From positions 193,526 to 257,525 of the forward strand of contig WGMN01000001.1 in the NCBI GenBank assembly GCA_016125035.1: a DNA stretch of 64,000 bases, in the 5' to 3' direction. Positions 27,909 through 38,108 of this stretch are shown here, in pieces. Made by a program: the position numbers and the translations under genes. The notes below the pieces were generated by a model. The model was not told where the DNA came from and made no database searches. It saw only the letters and a list, made by a program, of their open reading frames with translations. This DNA comes from Pseudomonadota bacterium. GTDB taxonomy: Bacteria > Pseudomonadota > Alphaproteobacteria > UBA2136 > UBA6156. The stretch's first letter is position 1. Each line of letters opens with the position of its first letter.

Positions 27909-30900
27909 ATGAACCTGACAGAGCTTTTTGTACGGCGCCCGGTGCTGGCCACCGTGGTGAACCTGGTGCTGGTGCTGATTGGTGTGGTGGCCTTTAACCG
28001 GCTGACGGTGAGGGAGTACCCCAATATTGACGTGCCGACGGTGACGGTGCAGACCGACTACCGCGGCGCGCCGGCCAGTGTGGTGGAGACGCAGATCACC
28101 AAGCCGCTGGAAGACCAGATCTCTGGCATTGAGGGCATTGACTATATGACCTCGATTTCCCGCGCGGAGCAATCGCAGATTACCGTAGCCTTCCGCCTGA
28201 CGCGCGATGCCGACCAGGCCGCCAGCGACGTGCGTGACAAGGTAAGCCGCGCGCTGCAAACCCTGCCAGACGAAGCCGACGCGCCGGTGGTGGCCAAGAC
28301 CGAGGCTGATGCGCAGCCGATCATCTGGCTGGCGCTTTCTTCCACCAAAAAAGACCTGATGGTGGTATCTGACTATGCGGCGCGGACGGTGAAGGACAGG
28401 TTGCAGACGTTGCCCGGTGTTTCATCGGTGCGCATCTTCGGTGAGCGCAAGCCTTCCATGCGCATTTGGCTGGACCCGGAGAAAATGGCCGCGCGCCGCG
28501 TGACCACGCAGGACGTGGAGAATGCCCTTTCCGCACAGAACGTGGATATTCCTGCCGGGCGGGTGGAATCGACCTATCGTGAATTTACCGTGCGCAGCGA
28601 AACCGACACCAACACCCCCGAGCAGTTCCGCAACATTGTGGTGAGCAAGCAGGGAGACAGCCTGGTGCGCATCGGCGATGTGGCGCGGGTGGAGATTGCG
28701 CCGGAAGACGAACGCAGCTTTACGCGCTTTAACGGCATCAACTCCATCGGCATCGGTATCATCAAGCAATCCACCGCTAACCCGGTGGAAGTGAGCGCGG
28801 CGCTGCAGAAGGTGCTGCCGGATATCCAAGCCAACATGCCCGACGGGATGAAAATCCAGGTGGCGTATGACTCGTCCATCTTCATTAAATCGGCGATTCA
28901 TGCGGTTTACAAAACCATCACCGAGGCAGTGGTGTTGGTGGCGATTGTGATCTTCCTGTTCCTGGGTTCGTTCCGCGCGACGTTGATCCCGGTGATTACC
29001 ATCCCGATCTCGCTCATCGGCAGCTTTGCGATGATTTCCGCCATGGGATTTTCCATCAACACGCTGACGCTGCTGGCGCTGGTGCTGGCGATTGGCTTGG
29101 TGGTGGACGACGCGATTGTGGTGCTGGAGAATATCTTCCGCCACATGGAAGAAGGCATGAAGCCCTTTGCCGCGGCGATACGCGGCATTAAGGAAATTGC
29201 CTTTGCGGTGATTGCGATGACCCTGACGTTGGCCGCGGTGTTTGCGCCGTTGGCTTTTTCCACCGGGCAGACCGGCAAGTTGTTTACTGAATTTGCGTTG
29301 ACGCTGGCGGGGACGGTGTTGATTTCCGGCTTCATCGCGTTGACTCTCTCCCCCATGATGTGCAGCAAATTGCTGCGCACCCGCGAAGGAGGCACAACTG
29401 AAAAACTGCGCGGCTGGATTGACCATACCTTTGCCAAAATTTCCAACGGTTATAAAGAGCGCTTGGAATGGAGTCTGGAAAAGCGTGGCCTGGTGCTATT
29501 TGTGGCGGCGGTGGTGGCCCTGGGCATGGGAGTGTTGTTCTGGGCGTTGCCGAGCGAGCTTTCTCCCACCGAGGACCGTGGGGTGTTCTTTACCGTGATG
29601 ATGGCGCCGGAGGGTTCTACCCCCGAATACCTGGACAAGTATGCGCGGCAAGCCGAAGCGGTGCTGGACAGCATCCCGCAGGAATCATGGCGCTTTATTG
29701 CGGTGGGCTTCCCCATTTCCACGCAGGCGTTCTCGGCCATTGGGCTAAAGCCATGGGATGAGCGCAGTGTGAGCCAGATGAGTGTGGTACAGGGCATCTT
29801 CCCCAAGTTGTTTGGCATACCCGGCATTATGGCGTTTGCGATTAACCCGCCCTCGCTGGGTGCGCGCTTTACCAGCAAGCCGCTGGAGCTGGTGATACAA
29901 ACCAATGGTACCTATGCTGACCTGAACAACATTGTTGAAGAGGTGATGAAGCGCGCCGGAGAAAACACCAACCTGATTAACCTGGACAGCGACCTGAAGC
30001 TGAACAAGCCCGAGCTGCGCGTGGCCTTGCAGCGCGATAAAATGGCAGACATGGGCGTGGGGGTGGACACCCTTGGCCGCACGTTGGAAACCACGTTGGG
30101 TGGCCGCCAGGTGACGCGTTATAAAGACGGCGGAGAACAATACGATGTGATGGTGCAGGTGGCCCGCGACAAGCGCGCAGAACCCACCGACATTGACGGC
30201 ATTGCCGTGCGCGCCGCCAACGGCCAGATGGTGCAGCTGGGTAACCTGGTGGACCTGCACGAAGGTGTGGCGCCGCGCGAGTTGAACCACTTCAACAAAC
30301 TGCGTGCGGCGACTATCAGTGCCAGCCTGAAGCCCGGTTATGCGCTGGGTGATGCCTTGCAGTACATGCAAAAGCTGGTGAAGGACGTAGGCAAGGACAA
30401 AGTACAAATTGAGTACGGCGGACAAACCCGCGAGTATATTGAAAGCGGCAGCGCGATGCTGGCGATGTTTGGGCTGGCGCTGGTGTTTATCTTTTTGGTT
30501 CTGGCCGCGCAGTTTGAGAGCTTTGTTACGCCGGTGACGATTATGCTGGCGGTGCCGCTGGCGATGTTTGGCGCCATGTTTACCCTGCGCATTACCGGCG
30601 GGACGATGAACGTTTACAGCCAGATTGGGTTGTTGACGCTGGTGGGGTTGATTACCAAGCACGGGATTATGCTGGTGGAATTCGCCAACGTGCAGCGCGA
30701 GGAAGGCAAGGACGTTTTTGAGGCGATTAAAAACGCCTGCATGTTGCGTCTGCGGCCAATTTTGATGACCACCGCCGCCACCGTGCTGGGTGCCGTGCCG
30801 CTGGCGCTGGCGCATGGCGCCGGAGCCGAGAGCCGCCAGCAGATCGGCTGGGTGATTGTGGGCGGGATGACGGTGGGGACGTTGCTGACGCTGTTTGTGA

Positions 30901-31001
30901 TACCGACGATTTACACCCTGCTGGCACGCTATGCCAGCGTGCACCACGACGATGACGTGGCACCCGCGCCGGCAGTGAATAAGAAAGGACGCAAAGCATG
31001 A
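27909..31001 (+). CDS. RND efflux permease (AcrB/MdtB family)
   Basis: FVRRPV, IGLVVDDAIVVLEN and RLRPILMTT motifs; 1030 aa. Confidence 0.96.
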   Translation: MNLTELFVRRPVLATVVNLVLVLIGVVAFNRLTVREYPNIDVPTVTVQTDYRGAPASVVETQITKPLEDQISGIEGIDYMTSISRAEQSQITVAFRLTRDADQAASDVRDKVSRALQTLPDEADAPVVAKTEADAQPIIWLALSSTKKDLMVVSDYAARTVKDRLQTLPGVSSVRIFGERKPSMRIWLDPEKMAARRVTTQDVENALSAQNVDIPAGRVESTYREFTVRSETDTNTPEQFRNIVVSKQGDSLVRIGDVARVEIAPEDERSFTRFNGINSIGIGIIKQSTANPVEVSAALQKVLPDIQANMPDGMKIQVAYDSSIFIKSAIHAVYKTITEAVVLVAIVIFLFLGSFRATLIPVITIPISLIGSFAMISAMGFSINTLTLLALVLAIGLVVDDAIVVLENIFRHMEEGMKPFAAAIRGIKEIAFAVIAMTLTLAAVFAPLAFSTGQTGKLFTEFALTLAGTVLISGFIALTLSPMMCSKLLRTREGGTTEKLRGWIDHTFAKISNGYKERLEWSLEKRGLVLFVAAVVALGMGVLFWALPSELSPTEDRGVFFTVMMAPEGSTPEYLDKYARQAEAVLDSIPQESWRFIAVGFPISTQAFSAIGLKPWDERSVSQMSVVQGIFPKLFGIPGIMAFAINPPSLGARFTSKPLELVIQTNGTYADLNNIVEEVMKRAGENTNLINLDSDLKLNKPELRVALQRDKMADMGVGVDTLGRTLETTLGGRQVTRYKDGGEQYDVMVQVARDKRAEPTDIDGIAVRAANGQMVQLGNLVDLHEGVAPRELNHFNKLRAATISASLKPGYALGDALQYMQKLVKDVGKDKVQIEYGGQTREYIESGSAMLAMFGLALVFIFLVLAAQFESFVTPVTIMLAVPLAMFGAMFTLRITGGTMNVYSQIGLLTLVGLITKHGIMLVEFANVQREEGKDVFEAIKNACMLRLRPILMTTAATVLGAVPLALAHGAGAESRQQIGWVIVGGMTVGTLLTLFVIPTIYTLLARYASVHHDDDVAPAPAVNKKGRKA

Positions 31002-32437
31002 GCATGGCCGCACGGCTTTTGGCGATAGTGGGTGCCTTGGCACTGGCAGGATGCTCGGCAGGGCCGGATTTTAAACTGCCGCGTTTTGACCTGGGCAGCC
31101 ACTGGTTGCACGGGGATACCCAACAGCAACCGGTGATGGTTGGCAACGACTGGTGGACCCGCCTTGGCGACCCGGTGCTAAATGACCTGGTGGCACGTGC
31201 GTTGGAACAAAGCCCCAGCCTGAAAGTGGCCGAAGCGCGGGTGGTGCAGGCACGGGCACAGCGCCGTGCTGCGCTGGCCGGCTTTTTGCCAACCGTGAGT
31301 GCCGATGGCAACGCGCAGTATGCCGAGCGCAGCGAGAACACCAGCACCTATGCGGGTGGAAACCGCCAAGGAAATTTGTTTACCGCCGGGTTTGACGCCA
31401 GCTGGGAGCTGGATATTTTTGGCGGGCAACGCCGCACCGCAGAAGCGGCCAAGGCCGAGTTGGCCGCAAGCCATGCTGACCTGGACGATGCGCGGATGAC
31501 ACTGGCCGCCGATGTGGTTGCCACTTACATGGATTACCGCCTGGCCGAACAGCGCGAAATGTTGGCTGCCGCCAACGTGCAGACACAAGAGCGCACGGTG
31601 AGCCTGACAGAGGTGCGCTACCAAGTAGGAGACGTGAACGGCCTGGACCGCGCGCAGGCCGAAGCACAAATGGCCGCAACACGTGCGCAATTGCCGCTGA
31701 TGCGCCAAATGAAAGAGCTGGCACGCGGCACGCTGGCCGTGCTGGTGAATGCGGTGCCGACGACTTTTGTGGTTTCTGACACCATGGCCACAGCCTCTGC
31801 CACCGTGCCGGACGTTTACGCCGGCCTGCCCAGCACCTTGATTGAACGCCGCCCGGATGTGCGTGCCGCCGAAGAACGCCTGCATGCCGCCACGGCGCGG
31901 ATCGGCGAAGCCGAAGCGCTGCGCCTGCCAACCTTTTCGCTGACTGCGGCGGCAGGTACCCAAAGCAGCCAGTTGACCAATTTGCTGGCCAACGGCAGCG
32001 GTTTTTGGAACCTGACCCCCGCCGGGGCACTGGTGTTGTTTGACGGTGGCGCGCGCCGTGCCGAAGTGGCCCTGCGCAAAGGAGAAGAACAGGAAGCCGC
32101 CGCCACTTACCGCTACACAGTGCTGGATGCATTACGTGACGTAGAGAGCAAGCTGGTGAACCTGCATGAGGACAGGCTGCGGCTGGATGACCTGCAGCTG
32201 GCCGCGGCGAGCAGCGATAAGTCATTCAACCTGGCGCATATTTTATATCAGCAGGGAGAACAGAACCTGTTGCCAGTGTTGCAAGCGCAGGGCAGCGTGT
32301 TTAGCGCCCAGGACCAATACGCCCAGGCCCAAGCCCAGGTGGTGAAAGACTGGGTGGCGCTGATTAAGGCCCTGGGGGGTGGTTACGCCAGCAGCACCGT
32401 AGGCGTGGTAAGTGCCACGGTGGTTGGCCCGCAATAG
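30998..32437 (+). CDS. Outer membrane efflux lipoprotein (NodT/OprM family)
   Basis: LAGC lipobox; ASWELDIFG, RRPDVRAAE and KALGGG motifs. Confidence 0.93.
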   Translation: MSMAARLLAIVGALALAGCSAGPDFKLPRFDLGSHWLHGDTQQQPVMVGNDWWTRLGDPVLNDLVARALEQSPSLKVAEARVVQARAQRRAALAGFLPTVSADGNAQYAERSENTSTYAGGNRQGNLFTAGFDASWELDIFGGQRRTAEAAKAELAASHADLDDARMTLAADVVATYMDYRLAEQREMLAAANVQTQERTVSLTEVRYQVGDVNGLDRAQAEAQMAATRAQLPLMRQMKELARGTLAVLVNAVPTTFVVSDTMATASATVPDVYAGLPSTLIERRPDVRAAEERLHAATARIGEAEALRLPTFSLTAAAGTQSSQLTNLLANGSGFWNLTPAGALVLFDGGARRAEVALRKGEEQEAAATYRYTVLDALRDVESKLVNLHEDRLRLDDLQLAAASSDKSFNLAHILYQQGEQNLLPVLQAQGSVFSAQDQYAQAQAQVVKDWVALIKALGGGYASSTVGVVSATVVGPQ

Positions 32438-32528
32438 GCACAGGGGCAACCCCACAGTAAACATTTTAGGCGCGGGATATTGCTGAAGAGCGGCATTGTG
32501 AGCTAGGGTGCGGCGAAATCGGAAAATA

Positions 32529-33548
32529 ATGACGAAGCCCCTGATGAAACGATTCGCCACCCTGGCCACCCTGCTGGTGACCGCCCTGACCGGAACCTTG
32601 CTGGCCCTTCCCGCGCTGGCCAACTCCATCCACCCCGGAGGCTTCCCCACGCCGGTGGGCCCCGTGGCTGAGGAAATTGGCGCGCTGTATAACATCATCT
32701 TCGTTATCATTGCGGTGGTGATGGTGATTGTGGCGGTGCCGGTGCTTTACATTTTGTGGCGCTTCCGCCGCACCAAGGTGGCCAAGCCCGCGACCTTCAG
32801 CCACAACCTTGGTCTGGAGCTGCTGTGGACGATCATCCCCGCGCTTATTTGTATTTACATTGCGGTGGCCAGCTACTTTGCGATGGTGAAACTGCGCACC
32901 ATGCCCGACCACGCGCTGAACGTGGAAGTGGTAGCTTACCAATTCGGGTGGGACTTTTTCTACCCCGATGCCAGCGAGAACGGTGTGCACGTGGCAGCCG
33001 CCGAACCCACCACCGACGACCCCGAGGTGAGCCTGCCCGGTGCGGCGCGCCAGACCAAAGAGCTGGTGGTCCCCGTAGGCCGCCCGGTGGTGGTGCATGT
33101 CACCTCCAGCGATGTGATCCACTCCTTCTTCGTGCCCCACCTGGGAGTGAAGATCGACGCCATACCGGGGCGTATCAACTACACCTGGTTCCAGGCAGAC
33201 AAAGCTGGCGATTATCTGGGCCAGTGCGCCGAACTTTGCGGCCAAGCGCACGGTGAGATGTTCTTCCGCGTAAAGGCTGTGCCCGAAGACCAGTTTGAAG
33301 CCTACATGGCCGAGCGCCGAGTGGCGGCGGGACTGCCCGCGCAACCCGCCAAGGTGCCAGATGCCAACGCCGGGCCGGTTGACGTGGTTTCCGCCACCGC
33401 GGTGGCCGCCGCCGTGGCCAGCAGCACAGGAGTGATCAGCTCGACCAGCCTGGTGAGCCCCACCCCGCTGCAAAACCCCGGCCCCGGCAGCCTGACCAGC
33501 AACACCACGCTGGGCAACGGCCTGCCCGGGGCGCCACACGCCAAATAA
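32529..33548 (+). CDS. ctaC: Cytochrome c oxidase subunit II
   Basis: LELLWTIIP, YQFGW and DVIHSF motifs; CuA motif GQCAELCGQAHGEM; low-complexity tail with no cytochrome c domain. Confidence 0.96.
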   Translation: MTKPLMKRFATLATLLVTALTGTLLALPALANSIHPGGFPTPVGPVAEEIGALYNIIFVIIAVVMVIVAVPVLYILWRFRRTKVAKPATFSHNLGLELLWTIIPALICIYIAVASYFAMVKLRTMPDHALNVEVVAYQFGWDFFYPDASENGVHVAAAEPTTDDPEVSLPGAARQTKELVVPVGRPVVVHVTSSDVIHSFFVPHLGVKIDAIPGRINYTWFQADKAGDYLGQCAELCGQAHGEMFFRVKAVPEDQFEAYMAERRVAAGLPAQPAKVPDANAGPVDVVSATAVAAAVASSTGVISSTSLVSPTPLQNPGPGSLTSNTTLGNGLPGAPHAK

Positions 33549-33549
33549 C

Positions 33550-34230
33550 TTAAAGACGTAAGAGAGCAAGGGCCGCGGCGACGGCGGTATCCACGCGCAG
33601 GATGGTCGGCCCTAGCGAAAAAGGCACGATATGCGGATGAGATGAGAGAAGCGCGACCTCTTCCGCCGAGAAGCCGCCCTCTGGCCCGATGAGCACGGTG
33701 GATGCGGGGGGGCGGGAAGGTTGCGCGTCGTGACGCTCGTACGCCCAGGCGCATGGCGTACTGAGCTTTTCTAGAAATATATCGAGCGGTTGAAGTGCGT
33801 TAAGGGTAGGCAGGATGAGGCGCTCGGACTGTTCGGCGGCTTCCACCAATTGGGCGTGGGCACGCTCGGCATTGAGGTGTGCCACCTGGGTGAAGGCTGT
33901 TTTAAGCGGAGTGATGGTGGTGACGCCAAGCTCGGTCGCCTGGCGCAGGGAGGTCTCCCAGGCATCTTTTTTAGGTAAGGCTAGCGCGAGGTGCAAAGCA
34001 GGCAAGGCAGTTTGCGCCCGCAACTGCTTGCCAAGTTGGGCGCTGCGGCATTTGGTCTCGGTAAGCGTGGCCTCGAACAGGCCGTCCTCTCCGTTAAACA
34101 AAGCGATGGTGGCGCCTTCGCCCAGGCGCAGTACGCGGTGCAGGCGGTGAGAGAGTTCCTCGGGCAGCTTGAGTGCACGGCCGGGGCCGAGTGCTTCGGC
34201 CAGGTAGAAGCGGCGCAAGGGGCCGGGCAT
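33550..34230 (-). CDS. rsmE: 16S rRNA m3U1498 methyltransferase RsmE
   Basis: RVLRL, ATELGV, EAAEQSER, IGPEGGFS and LGPTILRVDTA motifs. Confidence 0.93.
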   Translation of the reverse strand: MPGPLRRFYLAEALGPGRALKLPEELSHRLHRVLRLGEGATIALFNGEDGLFEATLTETKCRSAQLGKQLRAQTALPALHLALALPKKDAWETSLRQATELGVTTITPLKTAFTQVAHLNAERAHAQLVEAAEQSERLILPTLNALQPLDIFLEKLSTPCAWAYERHDAQPSRPPASTVLIGPEGGFSAEEVALLSSHPHIVPFSLGPTILRVDTAVAAALALLRL

Positions 34231-34237
34231 GGCAGGG

Positions 34238-35218
34238 CTAGGCGTGGTCGTAGGCTTCGGCCGGGCTGGCCAGGCGCGGGCCGAGGCTGAGCACCACCGC
34301 GCGGCCCAGCTGATGGCCGTGGGCCAGCGCCAGGTTAGGGCTGCCGCCGTTGAGGAAACTGTGCAGGAAGCCGGCGGCGAAGGCATCGCCCGCGCCGGAG
34401 AGATCGGTCGGTTTGGGAATGGGTTGGGTGGGGCTATCCACCACCTTGCCGTCTCCGCTGTAGTAAGCCGCGCCTTCTCCGCTGCGGGTAATAACGCGGG
34501 GCGTGGACTCCATACGTTTGGCGGTATGGGCATCGGCGCTATCTATAAGGTGCTGCCATTCGGCGGTGTGACCAATGACAAGTGGATGGTAAGTGCTGAT
34601 GAGATCGACCAGCGTGCTGGCTGCTGCCTGCACCGCACGTGAAGACGCCAGTGAGAGAATGATGCGGGCCCCCGCGCCGTGCGCCACCTTGGCGGCGTAC
34701 TCACACGCGGCGGGGTGGGTGCCGCAGGCATAGGCACCGAGAATAAGGTTGGCGGATTGCTCGATAAAGCTGTCGTCGACCCAGGAATCGTCGGTGCTGG
34801 GCATGGGAGGCGCGCTTTGCACCATGGTGCGGTTGCCATCGGGCGTGAGCAGGGTAAACACCTCGGTGGTGCGGTAGCCCTGGTTGGGCGGCGTAACGGT
34901 GACGCCGGCGCTGACCATGTCGGCAGTGAAATGGCGGCCGGTGGGATCGGCACCGATGAGACCAAGGAAGCACACGCGGCTGCCCAGGCGCGCCAGAGTA
35001 TAAGCTGTGTTGGCCGCGCTGCCTCCGGAGCGGAATTGCTCCACGGTGATGGCCGCGGAAAGCTCTAGCATCGCGCCGTGGCTGAGTGTGTTGCTGTCGG
35101 ACTTGTGGAGGTCGAATTTTTTTAGCAGGGCTTCGTCGACGTGGGCGATGGCGTCGATGACCGCGTTGCCGATGACGGCGAATTGGAAAAGCTTTGCAGG
35201 GCCAGTGGCTTCAGTCAT
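34238..35218 (-). CDS. PfkB-family (adenosine kinase-like) carbohydrate kinase
   Basis: GNAVID, SGGSAANT and DLSGAGDAFAAGF motifs. Confidence 0.9.
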   Translation of the reverse strand: MTEATGPAKLFQFAVIGNAVIDAIAHVDEALLKKFDLHKSDSNTLSHGAMLELSAAITVEQFRSGGSAANTAYTLARLGSRVCFLGLIGADPTGRHFTADMVSAGVTVTPPNQGYRTTEVFTLLTPDGNRTMVQSAPPMPSTDDSWVDDSFIEQSANLILGAYACGTHPAACEYAAKVAHGAGARIILSLASSRAVQAAASTLVDLISTYHPLVIGHTAEWQHLIDSADAHTAKRMESTPRVITRSGEGAAYYSGDGKVVDSPTQPIPKPTDLSGAGDAFAAGFLHSFLNGGSPNLALAHGHQLGRAVVLSLGPRLASPAEAYDHA

Positions 35219-35997
35219 GGGCGGATTGTGGCGGGTAAGGAATGAGTTGTCTAGGAAGAGGTGCAAAAAGGGCTGCAAAAGGCGGCGATGAGCGGCAAAA
35301 AAACGGCTGGGCAAAGCTCCGCCCCACCATGGGGCCCCTGAAGATGTGTTATTATGTTGCCGTTTGGCACTTTAAATGTGAGGGTGGGCCTCATCGCGTT
35401 CGGTTCGCATAAAAAAATGATCTGGTCGCTTTCAGGCCGGCTTTGCCAGGCGGCAAAGTGAGACAGCGGGCGCAACGCCCTTGTGAGAGGCCGGGAGACG
35501 GCCGGGAAAATGCTTCAGGTGAGTCTGGGTCTGGTGGTTAAATGCTTAAGATCACACGTAAAATCAGGTAAAATGATTGTTGTTATGTTTCTGAGATTTA
35601 CATCTCGGGAAACAGCATGACGGGGCTGAAAAGCTTTGGCAAGGGCCCCTTTTAACGGCAAAACGCTGCTGTGGTGCGCAAGGCACGGCTGCGGCTGCCG
35701 CAAAGGCTGTGAAACCATGTTATTTTGTATTCGACCTGCATACCAAATAGGCAGGTCGGACAGCTGCTTCAAAGCTGAGCAAACCGGATAACTTCATTAT
35801 GAAATCGTGTGTTATGCGAACATCCTCGTTTTTACGTTCAGGGACACCCCAGAAGGGTGGCAGAGGGGGTCCCGGAGGGCCTTGAGAGGCTTTTTGCGTG
35901 GAACAAAGGCTATGTGAGTATTTGTTTACTTATATCTCCTTTGCCGCCAAAATCAGCGGTATTGGCGCGATGGGCGGCTTAAGGTAGGGTGTGGGCC

Positions 35998-37191
35998 ATG
36001 TCGCGCGCGTTCCACCCCCCTGCCCCCCCTGCCGAACGGGTGGTGCTGCAAGTGCTGCCCGCCATGGCGGAGGGTGGGGTGGAGCAAAATACGCTGGATA
36101 TGGCGTTGTACCTTAAAGCCCAAGGCTGGCGGCCGGTGGTGGCCAGCAGCGGGGGTGCCAAAGTGGCCCTTTTGGAGGCCGCAGGCATACCCCACGTAAC
36201 CCTGCCGCTGCGCGCCAAGGCGCCGTGGGCCTTGCTGGCCAACGCCTGGCGCCTGCGGAGAGTTATGGCCACTTATAGAGTAGAGCTGGTCCACGCCCGC
36301 AGCAGGGCCCCGGCGTGGAGTGCGTGGGCCGCATGCCGCCTTTGCGGCGTGCCCTTTGTGACCACGTTCCATGGCACCTACGGGTTGGCCGGAGGGTGGC
36401 TGAAGCGTTTTTACAACAGCGTGATGGTGCGGGGGGAGGTGGTGATGGCAAACTCACACTACACAGCCAACCACATCATTGAAAACTATAAGGTTGAGAA
36501 ACGGCGTGTGGTGGCGATACCGCGTGGCGTGGATGTGAGCCTGTTTGACCCGGCGTTGTTTAGCAAGGCGGATGCGCGGGCGGTGCGGGAGGAATTCCAT
36601 ATAGAAGAAGGTGTGCCGCTGCTGGTGATGGTGGGACGGGTGACGCGCTGGAAGGGACAGGACCTGTTGCTGCGCGCCATGGCCAGGTTGAAAACCTTGC
36701 GCTGGCACCTGCTGCTGGTGGGCGGAGTGGAGAAAAAAAGCGGCTATGGTGCCGAAGTTGAACGCCTGTGCGAAGATTTGGGCCTGCGCGAGCGTGTGAC
36801 ATTGGCCGGTAGCCGCACCGATATACCGAGGCTTTTAAACGCCGCTGATTTGGCGCTGAGCTGCTCGGTGTTGCCGGAAGCTTTTGGCCGCGCCAGTGTG
36901 GAGGCGATGGCGATGGGCGTGCCGATGGTGGCCACCGCCCTGGGCGGCAGCCTGGAAACGGTGCTGCCGGGAAAAACCGGGTGGCTGGTAACTGCCGATA
37001 AAAATGGGGATATTACGCCACACGCATTGGCCAAAACCATGAACGAAGCCTTGCGCAACCCGCGCCTGTTGGCAAGGATGGGGAGTGCCGCCAAAGCCCG
37101 GGTTATGGCCCATTTTACCGCACAGCGCTGCTGCGCCGGAGAAATGGCCGTTTACCAGCGGGTATTGGCGCGGAAAAGGCCCAAGACCTAA
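35998..37191 (+). CDS. GT4 glycosyltransferase
   Basis: GGVE, HARSRAPAW, GRVTRWKG and EAFGRASVEAMA motifs. Confidence 0.92.
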   Translation: MSRAFHPPAPPAERVVLQVLPAMAEGGVEQNTLDMALYLKAQGWRPVVASSGGAKVALLEAAGIPHVTLPLRAKAPWALLANAWRLRRVMATYRVELVHARSRAPAWSAWAACRLCGVPFVTTFHGTYGLAGGWLKRFYNSVMVRGEVVMANSHYTANHIIENYKVEKRRVVAIPRGVDVSLFDPALFSKADARAVREEFHIEEGVPLLVMVGRVTRWKGQDLLLRAMARLKTLRWHLLLVGGVEKKSGYGAEVERLCEDLGLRERVTLAGSRTDIPRLLNAADLALSCSVLPEAFGRASVEAMAMGVPMVATALGGSLETVLPGKTGWLVTADKNGDITPHALAKTMNEALRNPRLLARMGSAAKARVMAHFTAQRCCAGEMAVYQRVLARKRPKT

Positions 37192-37215
37192 CAAGAGCCA
37201 GAGAGTTGACCGCTG

Positions 37216-37686
37216 ATGAACCGCTGCATGATTGCGATTGATATCCAGAACTATTACCGGCCCGCGCCGGGGATGGTGGCACAGATCAACCAACTTTCCG
37301 CCAACATCCCCACCGTGGCGACCTTGTTCACCCATGATGAGCCCACCGTGCCGCTGGTGAAATTTGGCAAGACCCCGCCGATGGACAGCGTTGTGCTGGT
37401 GAACGCGCAGGCGGTATTCCCCAAGCACGGCTACAGCCTGCCCCCCCAGGCGCTGGAATGGTTGAAAAAGCAGAACCCTGAAGAAGTGCTGGTGGCCGGC
37501 GGCCACACCGACGCCAATGTGCTGGCGGCAGGATTTAGCCTGTTTAACGCCGGCATGCGCCCCGCCATGGTGCCGGTGCTGTGCTACGGCAACGACTGGT
37601 ACATGCACACCGTGACCACGGGCATTTGGGAGCGCGAGATCGGCAAGCTTTATCAGAGCATGGCGGAGTTCCAATTTGGTGCCTAA
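37216..37686 (+). CDS. Isochorismatase-like (cysteine hydrolase fold) protein
   Basis: IAIDIQN, K.GYS and VLVAGGHTDANV motifs. Confidence 0.7.
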   Translation: MNRCMIAIDIQNYYRPAPGMVAQINQLSANIPTVATLFTHDEPTVPLVKFGKTPPMDSVVLVNAQAVFPKHGYSLPPQALEWLKKQNPEEVLVAGGHTDANVLAAGFSLFNAGMRPAMVPVLCYGNDWYMHTVTTGIWEREIGKLYQSMAEFQFGA

Positions 37687-38035
37687 GGCCATTTACGCCC
37701 CGTTGCTGCTAACCGCCTTGCTGGCCGGGTGCGGCTGGATGAGCGAAGAAGACCAGTACTATCTGCACCGTGATTTTGAGCGGGCCAAGAGCTTTGACTG
37801 GCAAGGCGCCGCCACCGACATGAGCGGGATTGAGACGGTATGGCCCTCGCCGCGCACCCTGCGTTTGAAGGAAGAGGAACAGGCCTGCCTGCACGGGCAC
37901 GGCGAGAACCGCGTGGTGAGCGAAAACACGGTGAGCGACTATGCGGTGTACCGCCGTTGTGTGTTGGACCCCTACCCCCAAGGTGAGGCCGCGCCGGGGC
38001 AGCGCATGGGCAACCGGCCGTGGCCGCAGAGTTAA
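37679..38035 (+). CDS. Hypothetical lipoprotein
   Basis: LLTALLAGC lipobox; GTG start overlapping the upstream stop. Confidence 0.7.
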   Translation: MPKAIYAPLLLTALLAGCGWMSEEDQYYLHRDFERAKSFDWQGAATDMSGIETVWPSPRTLRLKEEEQACLHGHGENRVVSENTVSDYAVYRRCVLDPYPQGEAAPGQRMGNRPWPQS

Positions 38036-38053
38036 GCCACCTTTAAAAACCTG

Positions 38054-38076
38054 AACGGCGCCTGCGTGGCGCCGTT
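38054..38076. terminator. Probable terminator between convergent genes
   Basis: AACGGCGCC-tgcgt-GGCGCCGTT, a perfect 9-bp stem. Confidence 0.7.
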
Positions 38077-38108
38077 GGTTTATCGAGAGAAGGTTGCGGG
38101 AGAACCGG

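Noticed and set aside
35515..35772. 85-aa ORF in the large intergenic region
   Set aside because: Non-ATG start, no RBS, atypical codons and no recognisable motif.
35340..35821. Chromosomal dif site or replication terminus
   Set aside because: Only half-sites are present, with wrong spacing or no XerD arm, and no visible skew change; kept only as a weaker finding.
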